Source: a virus | Taxonomy: Duplodnaviria > Caudoviricetes | DNA length: 26,287 nucleotides | IMG/VR virus record: IMGVR_UViG_3300037311_000193 | Location: 1-26,287 of that record | Reading direction: 5' to 3' (one strand) | Part shown: in pieces, positions 17,694 to 25,707 of the stretch | Layout: every line of letters begins with the position of its first letter | How positions within the stretch are numbered: position 1 is the stretch's first letter | The notes under the pieces: model-generated | What the model was told of the DNA's origin: nothing | The model's input: only the letters and a program-made list of their open reading frames with translations | Databases searched by the model: none | Made by a program: the position numbers and the translations under genes

Positions 17694-18350
17694 ATGTCTA
17701 CGGTACTTCTGCCATCCTCGGCGTCTCCAGCCGCGCCTCCCTCCGGCACCGTCGACTGGCCCTCCGACCGCTTCATGCTGCCCGCCGCCGTCCGCTTTGG
17801 CGTGCGCCCGGCGCGTTCAGCCTGGTCGGCCGTGTACACGCGCCAGCGTCAGCAGGTCTCGCACTTCGCCGACCGCCTGACCGTATCGCTGGCGCTGCCG
17901 CCCTGCGGCCCGGCCGACGGCGGGCGGCGCGAGGCGTGGCTGAACTACCTTGCGGCCGAGTCGCCGTGGGTGCGCCTGCGGCACTTCGTGCGGCCGGTGC
18001 CCATGGGCACGTTGCGCGGCACGCTCACGGTGGCGGCCGAGGCGGTGGCGGGCCTGCGTAGCGTCACGCTCAACACCGGGCAACCAGGCGCCACGCTGCT
18101 GGGTGGCGATGTACTCGGCGCCGGCGGGCGCCTGCTGCCCGTGGCCTACGCCGGCGCCGTGGCCGACGGCTCAGGTGTCATGATCGTGCCGCTGCAGGTT
18201 CCGCTCCGCGCCACCCTGGCCGCCGGCAGCGCCGTGACCTGGAGCCAGCCCACCGGCGCCTTCCAGTTCGAGGGCGACGGCCTCGAGCTCGACTACTCGC
18301 CCGGCCTGCTGCAGCGCGGCGTGGATCTGCAGTTCGTGGAGGTGGTGTGA
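17694..18350 (+). CDS. Putative distal tail protein
   Basis: Position downstream of tape measure/tailspike; RPVPMGTLRG and TLLGGDVLG...PLRA pattern. Confidence 0.65.
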   Translation: MSTVLLPSSASPAAPPSGTVDWPSDRFMLPAAVRFGVRPARSAWSAVYTRQRQQVSHFADRLTVSLALPPCGPADGGRREAWLNYLAAESPWVRLRHFVRPVPMGTLRGTLTVAAEAVAGLRSVTLNTGQPGATLLGGDVLGAGGRLLPVAYAGAVADGSGVMIVPLQVPLRATLAAGSAVTWSQPTGAFQFEGDGLELDYSPGLLQRGVDLQFVEVV

Positions 18351-18922
18351 GGGCGCTCAACGCGGCCGCCCTGGCTCTGCTGGACAGGATGGCGGCCGGC
18401 GAGGCGCTGCCGATGCCGCAGCTGGTGGAGATCATGACCACCGTGCCGCAGCGCTACACCACCGGCGGCTACCCGCTGACCTGGGGCGGCTTCACCTGGC
18501 AGGCCGTCGGGCTGGCCATCGAGCCCATCGAGGACGAGGCTGGCAACGGCGACCCCTCGCAGATCACGCTGGCGCTGCCGGCAGTGACGTCGAAGCAGCT
18601 CGCGTTGGCGCTGGTCGAGCCGATCGACGGCGTGCGCGTGCGCATCTATGACGCGCTGGTGGACCCGGACACGATGGTCGTCGAGCACGCCGAGCTGGTC
18701 TGGAGCGGCACCGCCAACACGCCCGGCATCGACGACGGCGACGTGGCCACGATGACCATCCTGTGCGAGCACCGCGCCGCCATCGCCTTCAGGCCCAAGG
18801 CCAGCCGCTACACCAACGACGAGCAGCAGCGGCTTTACCCCGGCGACACCGCCTTCGACTATGACCCAGGCCTGGACCGCGGCAGCGTGGTGTGGCCGGC
18901 GGCCAGCTTCTTCAGGCAGTAG
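18347..18922 (+). CDS. Putative tail hub/minor tail protein (gpL-like position)
   Basis: GTGA overlap; LTWGGFTWQAVG and RYTNDEQQRLYPGDTAFDY motifs. Confidence 0.75.
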   Translation: MRALNAAALALLDRMAAGEALPMPQLVEIMTTVPQRYTTGGYPLTWGGFTWQAVGLAIEPIEDEAGNGDPSQITLALPAVTSKQLALALVEPIDGVRVRIYDALVDPDTMVVEHAELVWSGTANTPGIDDGDVATMTILCEHRAAIAFRPKASRYTNDEQQRLYPGDTAFDYDPGLDRGSVVWPAASFFRQ

Positions 18923-18924
18923 GC

Positions 18925-21525
18925 ATGAGCCGCTGGGGTTCCGCGTTCCGCATCATCGGCTCGGCGCTGCTGTCGCCGTTTGTCGGCTGGGGCCTGTTCC
19001 TGTCCACGGTGCTGGCCGAGGATGGGCGCCGCCGCCGCGACCGCGCCAACCGCGCCGCGCGCAACGCCTACAACGAGAGCCTGGTCGACCGCGTGCAGAT
19101 GCTGGACGTCTCCGCGGACCCGGCTCGCCGGCTGGCCATGGGCCGCGTGCGCGTGGGCGGCCAGATGCTGCGCCAGCCCTGGAGCACCGGCGCCAACCGC
19201 GAGAAGCTGACGATGGTGCTGGAGTTCGCCGGGCACGAAATCGACGCCTTCGAGGGCTGGTACGCCGACGACCTGCCGCTGACGCTGGACGGCAGCGGCT
19301 GGGTGCAGACCGCCCCCTACTTCAAGTCGCGCACGGAGTCGGGTCTGGTGTCGGGCGCGCTGAATGGGTCGGGCGGCGCCACTGTCACCCTGCCGCAGAC
19401 GCCGCTGTCGCCGCCGGCCGGCAGCATCGCGGCCACGTGGGCCGAGGGCAGCGGCGAAGGGCAGATCGCCGGCTCGCTCACCTACAGCGTGGCGGGCAAC
19501 GTCGTCACGCTGTCGGGTGGGCCGGCGGGCGCGCTGTACAACGTCTCCTACCAGTACAGCACGGGCACCAGCCTGCTGCGCATCCGCTCCTGGCGTGGCA
19601 CGCCGACGCAAAGCGTGGGCGGCGAGATCGCGGCGGAGTACCCCGGCGACATGCGCGCCACCGACCACTACCGCGGCGTGGCGCTGGCGGTGGTGGACAT
19701 CTTCTTCGACAGCGACGTCTTCACCAGCGGGCCGCCGCAGATCAGCGCACTGCTTCGCGGCGCGCGCGTGTTCGATCCGCGCACGTCCACCACGGCCTGG
19801 AGCCAGAACCCGGCACTGCTGAAGCGCTGGTATGCGCTGCACGCCAACGGCCTGGCCATGCCGGCCGACGAGCTGCGCGACGCCGACGTGATCGCCGATG
19901 CCAACGTGGCCGACATCAGCACCGCGTTCACCGTGCGCAAGCCCGACAACAGCACCGAGGTGGTGACGCTGCCGCGGTACCGCGCCAGCCTCGTCGCTGC
20001 CACCGATGCCGACCCGCGCGAAGTGTGGGGCGAGCTCATGGAGGCCGACGCCGGCAAGTGGGGATGGCAGGGCGGCGCACTGCGCATGCGCTGCGGTGCG
20101 CTGCGCAGCTCCAGCGGCACGGTGGGGCCGGACTGGATCTTCCGCGTGGCCGGCGAAGGCGCACGCCAGGGCGAGGCCTTGGTGCGCATCACCAACGCGA
20201 TGCCGCGCGAGCGCAAGGTGAACATCGTGTCGGGCAAGTGCGTCGACCCGGCGCAGCGCTACCAGGTGCTGCCGTTCCCGAGCGTGCGCGACTCGGTGCT
20301 GGTCGCGCGCGACGGCTCGTTCCCGCTCGAGGTGGAGCTGGGCGCCGTCGACCACATCGCCCACGCCCAGCACTTGGCCAGCATCATGATCCGCGAGGCG
20401 CAGGCGCCGCTGCGCATGGAGATGCAGACGGGCCTGCGCGGCTACCGCTGCGAGCTGTTCGACGTCTTCCTGCACGACCACCCTCGCTACGGCATGAACC
20501 AGAAGCCGATGGAAGTGATCGGCTGGCGCTGGAGCCCGAGCGAAGGTGTGAGCCTGCGCTGGGCCGAGATCAGCGCGGCGCTGTTCACCCCGCAGGCGGA
20601 GCTGCGCGGCCGCGATCCGTCGCCCGACAGCAACCTGCCGCTGCCGTGGGATGTGCCGCGCGTCACCGGCCTGGACGCCACCAGCAACACCACGGCGGTG
20701 GCCGACGGCAGCATCATCACCCGGCTGGTCGTCACCTGGGATGCGGTGGCGGCGTTGACCGTGGCGGCCAGCGGCGAGATCGAGGTGCAGTACCACGATC
20801 TCACGCAACCACTGCCGGCTGGCGACTGGGCGAGCTGGAGCGAGCGCGGGGACGCCACGAAGGCCGTCATCCCGGGCGTGCGCAGCAACACCCCCTATGC
20901 AGTGCGGGCGCGTGCGATCCGCGGCGTGCCATACGTGCGCGGCGACTGGTCGGTGCAGGATGTGGTCGTGACCGGATCGCGGCGCCAGTCGCTGATCTAC
21001 CGGCAGGCCTCGGAACCCACCGGGGCCACCGTGCTCGACGGCGATGAGTGGTATGACACCGACAACGGCAACCGTCACCACGTGCGGGCCGCCGGTGCTT
21101 GGGTCGCGGTGGAGGTTGGCTCGGGAGGCTTGGCGCCGAATGCGGCGTCGGTCGTGACTTTCGACGAAAACGACTTCGCAGGCGCCGGTGCGACTGGGGG
21201 CAGCTATACGGTGCGCCGGTCGTTGGTGGTGACGCCATCAGTCGACTGCACGATCGAGTTCACCGCCAATGCCACGGCCCAGGGCGTTCACCCCGACAGC
21301 GCGCAGAACCTCGAGTGGTGGGCTGTGCGAACTGGGTCGAGCGACCTGGCGCTCGGGTACGCGAACTTCGGCGGCACGACGACGACCGGAACGGCTCAGG
21401 CCACCGCGTCCTTCGCCGCCACCGCCGGCGTTGCCATCACCTTCGAGCTGCGCACCCGCGCGGGCTCCGGCGTCAGCGTGAAGCTGTGGCAGTCCCAGAT
21501 GCGTGTGACGGAGGTGAGGCGATGA
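18925..21525 (+). CDS. Tail tip/central fibre protein (gpJ-like)
   Basis: AMGRVRVGG, GHEIDAFE, RGARVFDPRT...WSQNPAL, an FN3-like segment and DGDEWYDTDNGN. Confidence 0.85.
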   Translation: MSRWGSAFRIIGSALLSPFVGWGLFLSTVLAEDGRRRRDRANRAARNAYNESLVDRVQMLDVSADPARRLAMGRVRVGGQMLRQPWSTGANREKLTMVLEFAGHEIDAFEGWYADDLPLTLDGSGWVQTAPYFKSRTESGLVSGALNGSGGATVTLPQTPLSPPAGSIAATWAEGSGEGQIAGSLTYSVAGNVVTLSGGPAGALYNVSYQYSTGTSLLRIRSWRGTPTQSVGGEIAAEYPGDMRATDHYRGVALAVVDIFFDSDVFTSGPPQISALLRGARVFDPRTSTTAWSQNPALLKRWYALHANGLAMPADELRDADVIADANVADISTAFTVRKPDNSTEVVTLPRYRASLVAATDADPREVWGELMEADAGKWGWQGGALRMRCGALRSSSGTVGPDWIFRVAGEGARQGEALVRITNAMPRERKVNIVSGKCVDPAQRYQVLPFPSVRDSVLVARDGSFPLEVELGAVDHIAHAQHLASIMIREAQAPLRMEMQTGLRGYRCELFDVFLHDHPRYGMNQKPMEVIGWRWSPSEGVSLRWAEISAALFTPQAELRGRDPSPDSNLPLPWDVPRVTGLDATSNTTAVADGSIITRLVVTWDAVAALTVAASGEIEVQYHDLTQPLPAGDWASWSERGDATKAVIPGVRSNTPYAVRARAIRGVPYVRGDWSVQDVVVTGSRRQSLIYRQASEPTGATVLDGDEWYDTDNGNRHHVRAAGAWVAVEVGSGGLAPNAASVVTFDENDFAGAGATGGSYTVRRSLVVTPSVDCTIEFTANATAQGVHPDSAQNLEWWAVRTGSSDLALGYANFGGTTTTGTAQATASFAATAGVAITFELRTRAGSGVSVKLWQSQMRVTEVRR

Positions 21526-21532
21526 CGGCCCG

Positions 21533-21676
21533 CTACACGCACCGCGCCGGCTCCGTGCGGCAGTCGGGCGGGTCGATCTGCCTGCGGTCGTCGTCCGTGG
21601 TGTCGGAACCGCCGCCGCCGCAGCCGGCCAACAGCGCCGCCAGCAGCAGGGCCAGTGAACGAGACAAGACGCACAT
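21533..21676 (-). CDS. Small lipoprotein (47 aa)
   Basis: AGGAGG RBS; signal peptide with lipobox LLAG-C, then GGGG and a C-terminal Cys pair. Confidence 0.7.
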   Translation of the reverse strand: MCVLSRSLALLLAALLAGCGGGGSDTTDDDRRQIDPPDCRTEPARCV

Positions 21677-21697
21677 CAACGCCTCCTGGGTGAACCA

Positions 21698-22015
21698 ATG
21701 AACGAGAACGACCAGCACGCCGTGGCGCGCGATGAGCCGAAGCGCAAAGAGCGCTGGCACGTCGGCAAGGAGATCCCGCTCGCCGTCATCTTCGGCCTGC
21801 TGATGCAGACCGGCGGCCTGGTGTGGTGGATGCGCGGGCTGGTTGCTACCGACCACGACCACGAGAAGCGGCTGGCGCTGCTGGAGCGCGAGCGCGAGAC
21901 GGGGCGGCTGTCCGAGCGCGTGGCCGTCATCGAGCAGGCCGTGGTGGACATCAGGCGCAGCACGGAGCGCACCGAGTCGCTCCTGGCCGAAGTCATCAAG
22001 AACGGGCGGAAGTGA
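21698..22015 (+). CDS. Single-TM coiled-coil lysis-module protein (putative holin/antiholin)
   Basis: WHVGKEIPLAVIFGLLMQTGGLVWW transmembrane segment followed by a coiled coil; first gene of the lysis cluster. Confidence 0.6.
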   Translation: MNENDQHAVARDEPKRKERWHVGKEIPLAVIFGLLMQTGGLVWWMRGLVATDHDHEKRLALLERERETGRLSERVAVIEQAVVDIRRSTERTESLLAEVIKNGRK

Positions 22016-22287
22016 TGCCTGCCGTGCTGCTGCGACTGCTGACGCCCCAGAACTGGAAGCGCGGCGTGGCGCTGGTGATCCTGTGGTGCTACGGCTACCA
22101 GCTCTGCGCGTGGCCGGCGCTGACGTGGGCGGCGGCGCTCGTCTCGGCTGCCACAGGCGCAACGTGGCCGGGGCCGCCCCAGCTTCCCTGGGAGGCCATG
22201 CTGGCCGGCACCACCACCCTGGCCGCGGTGGGTGGCCTGGAGACGTGGCGCGAGCAGGTTCACCACAAGATGGGGAGTTCGACATGA
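22015..22287 (+). CDS. Putative holin (resembles the GTA 3TM holin family)
   Basis: TGATG overlap, hydrophobic segments (WKRGVALVILWCYGYQ...PQLPWEAMLAG), directly upstream of the endolysin. Confidence 0.6.
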   Translation: MPAVLLRLLTPQNWKRGVALVILWCYGYQLCAWPALTWAAALVSAATGATWPGPPQLPWEAMLAGTTTLAAVGGLETWREQVHHKMGSST

Positions 22288-22745
22288 CCGACGAACGTCT
22301 GCAGCAGTCCTTCTGGCTTTCGGAGTTTCTTCGCTCCGACACAGGCCAGCGACACGGGATCGACAACACCCCCAACGCCATCGCGCTGGCGAACCTTCGG
22401 CACGTGCTTGCGCCGGGAATGCAGCGCGTGCGCAACCTGCTGCGGGAGCCCGTGTTCATCACCAGCGGATACCGCTCGCCCGCGGTCAACCGACTGGTCG
22501 GTGGCAGCGCCTCCTCCCAGCACTCGCAGGGCTTGGCTGCCGACTTCGTGTGCCCCGAGTTCGGGCCGCCGCGCGCCATCTGCCGAAAACTGCTGGAGCA
22601 TGCGAGCGAGGTGCGGTACGACCAGCTCATCTTCGAGGGTGCCTGGGTGCATGTGTCGTTCGTTCCAACGGCGCCGCGCGGTCAGGTGCTGACGGCGCAC
22701 TTCACGGCCGGGGGCGGTGTGACATACACGCCCGGACTGTCGTGA
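22284..22745 (+). CDS. Endolysin, peptidase M15A family
   Basis: LSEFLRS, ITSGYRS, SQHSQGLAADF and DQLIFEGAWVHVSF provide the Zn ligands H/D/H. Confidence 0.9.
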   Translation: MTDERLQQSFWLSEFLRSDTGQRHGIDNTPNAIALANLRHVLAPGMQRVRNLLREPVFITSGYRSPAVNRLVGGSASSQHSQGLAADFVCPEFGPPRAICRKLLEHASEVRYDQLIFEGAWVHVSFVPTAPRGQVLTAHFTAGGGVTYTPGLS

Positions 22746-23167
22746 TCTGGACTCACGTGGCAGCCGCGATCGGCGCGGCCGCTCTTGCCTTCGCCGGCGG
22801 CTGGCAGGTGCGCGCATGGAAAGCCGGCAACGACGAGGCCGCGGTGCTGCGTGCGGCCCAGGTCGCGGCTGAGCAGCACGCCCAGACTGCCGCCCAGGAG
22901 GCCACAGCCCATGAACGCACCCGCCAAGCCCTGCAGCGCGCGCTGCGCCAGCGCCACCCTGCCGTCGACGCCGCCCTGGCCCGGCCGGTGTGCCCAGACC
23001 TCGCGGTCGGTGGCGCCGCCGCGCCTGCGCTGGCGCTGGGCGATGTGGTCGTGCCTGCTGACGCTCTCGGCCGGCTGCGCGTCGCCGCCGGCGACCATCA
23101 CCCTGACGGCGCTGCCGGCGAATCTGGCGCAGCCCTGCGACCCGGGCCCACCGATCCCGACCGCTGA
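22742..23167 (+). CDS. Inner-membrane spanin (Rz-like)
   Basis: GTGA overlap; N-terminal TM (AAAIGAAALAFAGGWQVRAW) followed by an Ala/Gln-rich helix. Confidence 0.75.
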   Translation: MIWTHVAAAIGAAALAFAGGWQVRAWKAGNDEAAVLRAAQVAAEQHAQTAAQEATAHERTRQALQRALRQRHPAVDAALARPVCPDLAVGGAAAPALALGDVVVPADALGRLRVAAGDHHPDGAAGESGAALRPGPTDPDR

Positions 23168-23270
23168 GGTGCGCCTGGCCGACCTGCTCGAGGTCTGGGC
23201 GCAGCGGGAAGCCGCCGCGGCCGAGTGCCGCGACCGCGTGGTGCGCCTGCAGCGCGCCTGGCCGCACTGA
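23010..23270 (+). CDS. Outer-membrane lipoprotein spanin (Rz1-like; start uncertain)
   Basis: Overlaps Rz in a shifted frame; lipobox LSAG-C, Pro-rich LPANLAQPC and AECRDR. Confidence 0.75.
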   Translation: MAPPRLRWRWAMWSCLLTLSAGCASPPATITLTALPANLAQPCDPGPPIPTAEVRLADLLEVWAQREAAAAECRDRVVRLQRAWPH

Positions 23271-23427
23271 AGCTGGGCGGCCCGCTCTCAGCTGTCGCTG
23301 ACCGCGTCCAGCCCGGCGCTGGTGTGCGGGGGAATCCTCCCGAAAAGGCGCGCGGGACGCGGTTCCCGCGCATGGCGCGCGCCGTTCGCACCTAGGAACG
23401 CGCCACGCGCGGGATGCGCGGATCGGG

Positions 23428-23486
23428 CTCGAAATCCGGTGTACGGGTCTCCCGTACCGAGGGTTCGAATCCCTCCCTTTCCGCCA
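23428..23486 (+). mobile_element. Phage att core = 3' half of tRNA-Ser(CGA)
   Basis: CTCGAAA anticodon loop, long variable arm GTACGGG-TCT-CCCGTAC, T-arm GAGGG-TTCGAAT-CCCTC and acceptor 3' strand CCTTTCC-G-CCA. No matching 5' half (GGAAAGG, D-arm) upstream; lies 29 bp from the integrase stop. Confidence 0.9.
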
Positions 23487-23515
23487 GTGTGCGGGACTTC
23501 TCTCCAAGTTCAGGC

Positions 23516-24469
23516 TCACCGCTTGCGCCCTCCGATGCGCCCCACGGCCTGCGCCAGCGTGTCGTGGGTGAGGTGAGCATACCGCTGGGTACTGCGCGGG
23601 TCGCGATGCCCCAGGACGCGGCCGACGGTGTACAGGTCCACCCCCGCGTTGACCATCTCGCTGGCGGCGCTGTGCCGCAGGTCGTGGAAGTGCGCGTGCC
23701 GTAGGTCTGCAGTCGCGCGGGCGCGCTCGAAGGCGCGCTGGATGGTGATCTTCGGCCCTGGCAGCGGCAGGTGGCTGACCAGGTGCGCGATCTTGGGATG
23801 GATCGGCACGGCGCGGCGGTCGCCGTTCTTCGTGTCCTCAAGCAACAGGGCGCTGCCGTGCGGCTCGGCCCGCATGATCTCGCCCAGGCGCAGGCCGGCG
23901 TAGAAGGCCACGCGGATGGCGATCTGGGCCTGCCAGTTCGTGCAGGCCCTGCAGATCCGCAGCATGTCGCGCCGGCTGAGGTAGACGTGGCGCTCGTTGC
24001 GCACGCTCGGCAGCGGCATGCGCGCCGTGGGGTCGGCGTCGACCAGGCCGTGCCGCTTCCAGGCCCAGCGCGCCGCGGCCTTCAGGCAGGCCAGCCGGTT
24101 GCGCACGGTGGAGGCGCTGGTCTCGCTGCGCTGGATGACCTGCTGGGCCACCTGTGGCAGTTCGGACAGCCGGCGGCCGGCGTAGGCCCAGGCGATGGCA
24201 GCCAGGTGCTCGGCGGTGGACCTGTAGCTCTTGAGCGCGGTCTTGTCGCGCAGGTAGAGCACAACGGCTTCGTCGATCAGGGGGTCGCGTCGCTCGACAC
24301 CAGTCGCAACAGCCCAGAGTCGCGCGGTTTCCTTGACGTCGTAAGCGTCAGCTTGGGCTTGACTCCAGCCTTTCGGAAGTAGGCGGCTAAGGCGGTGGCG
24401 TCGACCCTCAACGACACGGTCGAACTCGAAGCGCCAGCGCTTGTTGCGGGTGTCCCAGCGGATCGGCAT
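23516..24469 (-). CDS. int: Phage tyrosine integrase (317 aa)
   Basis: Starts MPIRWD; catalytic residues GLRLGE (R), TKNG (K), HDLRH, LGH and TQRYAH (Y); adjacent to the tRNA-derived att core. Confidence 0.93.
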   Translation of the reverse strand: MPIRWDTRNKRWRFEFDRVVEGRRHRLSRLLPKGWSQAQADAYDVKETARLWAVATGVERRDPLIDEAVVLYLRDKTALKSYRSTAEHLAAIAWAYAGRRLSELPQVAQQVIQRSETSASTVRNRLACLKAAARWAWKRHGLVDADPTARMPLPSVRNERHVYLSRRDMLRICRACTNWQAQIAIRVAFYAGLRLGEIMRAEPHGSALLLEDTKNGDRRAVPIHPKIAHLVSHLPLPGPKITIQRAFERARATADLRHAHFHDLRHSAASEMVNAGVDLYTVGRVLGHRDPRSTQRYAHLTHDTLAQAVGRIGGRKR

Positions 24470-24621
24470 CGGAGGCGGTACTGTTCCACGTCGGCGGGGT
24501 CGAAGCGTACCGCGCCGCGGCCGGCCCCGACGCGGTACCGCGGCAGATCGCTCTCGTCGATGTCGTACACCGCACGGACGCTGAGCCCCAGCAGTGGCGC
24601 GACTTGGGCGGCCGTCAGCAT
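24277..24621 (-). CDS. xis: Excisionase-like HTH protein (114 aa)
   Basis: MLTAAQVAPLLGLSVRAVY...RYRVG...VRFDPADVEQY is a Xis/HTH_17 pattern; directly upstream of and overlapping int. Confidence 0.85.
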   Translation of the reverse strand: MLTAAQVAPLLGLSVRAVYDIDESDLPRYRVGAGRGAVRFDPADVEQYRLRCRSAGTPATSAGASSSTVSLRVDATALAAYFRKAGVKPKLTLTTSRKPRDSGLLRLVSSDATP

Positions 24622-25655
24622 GCGGCGGGCATCCTGTCAAGCGGGCTAATGGTGCCGCGTGCACAGACAGAGCCGACGACGTGGGTGTAGATCGTCGTCG
24701 TCTCGATGTCCTTGTGGCCGAGCAGCTCCTGGATCGTGCGCAGGTCAGTGCCGGCCTGCAGCAGGTGGGTGGCAAAGCAGTGGCGCAGCGTGTGCGGTGT
24801 CGCGGGCTTGCCGATGCCGGCCGCGCGCGCCGCGGCCTTCATGGCCCGCTGGACGGTCCAGTCGAAGATGTGGTGTCGGCGCCGTTCGCCTGTCTCGGGG
24901 TTGGTGTGGTAGTCCTCCGTCGCGAAGACGTACTGCCACGCCCACTCGCTGCCGGCGCGCGGGTACTTGCGGGCCAGGGCGTTGGGCAGGTCGACGCTGG
25001 CGTGGCCGGTGGCCAGATCCAGGTGGTGCCAGCGGCGGCGCTCCTCGAGCAGCTGCGCCAGCTTCGGGACCAGCACGCGCGGCACCATGGTGACGCGGTC
25101 CTTGTCGCCCTTGCCGCCCCGCACGGTGAGGCGCAGCTGCTGCAGGTCGAGATCCTTGACGCGCAGGTTCTGGCCCTCGGCCAGGCGCAGACCCGTGCCG
25201 TACAGCAGCTCGAGGAACAGGCGCGCGCGGCCTTGCACCTGGCCCAGCAGTGCGCGCGTCTCCTCGACCGAGAGCACGACGGGCAGGCGCGTCGGCTGCT
25301 TGGCGCGCACGATGTTGTCGACCCAGCCGATCTCGACCTCGTAGACCTTCTGGTACAGGAACAGTAGCGCCGCCAGCGCCTGGCGCTGCGTGCTGGCTGA
25401 CACCTTGCGCTCGGTGGCCAGCCAGGAGAGGAAATCGCCGACCTCGATCTGCCCCAGCTCGCGCGGCGAGCGCTGCGCCCAGTGAGCGAACAGGCGGATC
25501 CAGTGCCAGTAGGCAGCGAAGGTGTGGCGGCTGTAGTGGCGCACCGCGCAGGCCTGCTGCACCGCCTGGCGCAGGGTGCGCGGGCGGGTGTCGCATAACG
25601 AGGGCGCGGCGTCGGGCTTAACCGGCGGCGGGCTTGTGGCGACAAGGGCTTGCAT
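24615..25655 (-). CDS. intI: Integron integrase (346 aa)
   Basis: N-terminal RHYSRHT...FLSWLATERKVSASTQRQALAALLFLY; catalytic GLRLAE, GKGDKDR, HTLRHCFATHLL, LLGH and IYTH; integron-specific insertion HHLDLATGHASVDLPNALARKYPRAGSEWAWQYVF; C-terminal SPLD. Confidence 0.95.
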   Translation of the reverse strand: MQALVATSPPPVKPDAAPSLCDTRPRTLRQAVQQACAVRHYSRHTFAAYWHWIRLFAHWAQRSPRELGQIEVGDFLSWLATERKVSASTQRQALAALLFLYQKVYEVEIGWVDNIVRAKQPTRLPVVLSVEETRALLGQVQGRARLFLELLYGTGLRLAEGQNLRVKDLDLQQLRLTVRGGKGDKDRVTMVPRVLVPKLAQLLEERRRWHHLDLATGHASVDLPNALARKYPRAGSEWAWQYVFATEDYHTNPETGERRRHHIFDWTVQRAMKAAARAAGIGKPATPHTLRHCFATHLLQAGTDLRTIQELLGHKDIETTTIYTHVVGSVCARGTISPLDRMPAAC

Positions 25656-25668
25656 AGTGCGGTGGCGG

Positions 25669-25707
25669 CGTTATGCGACGGTGGTGTCTGCTGAATTCAC
25701 GTTAGGC
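25669..25707 (+). mobile_element. attI: Putative attI site (crossover G|TTAGGC at 25701|25702)
   Basis: GTTRRRY core 46 bp upstream of the intI start, with no attC-type L boxes before it. A second direct GTTATGC lies 31 nt upstream, similar to the accessory repeat of attI1. Confidence 0.7.

Noticed and set aside
18922-18925. Absence of an NlpC/P60 (gpK-like) gene between the hub and tail tip genes
   Set aside because: This gene is variably present in siphophages, so the absence cannot be called unusual without comparison to relatives.
15976-21525. Diversity-generating retroelement target in the tail genes
   Set aside because: No reverse transcriptase is present and I noticed no template/variable repeat pair in this window.
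23390-23486. Full-length tRNA-Ser gene
   Set aside because: There is no 5' acceptor strand (GGAAAGG) or D-arm; only the 3' half is present, so it is called an att core.
24470-24775. N-terminal extension of the integrase in the 419-aa ORF call
   Set aside because: It overlaps xis and intI and is low-complexity; MPIRWD at 24469 is the more plausible start.
25593-25676. GCATAAC...GTTATGC as an additional attC
   Set aside because: It has no complementary L''/L' boxes or inner stem and overlaps the intI start, so it is kept only as an inverted repeat.
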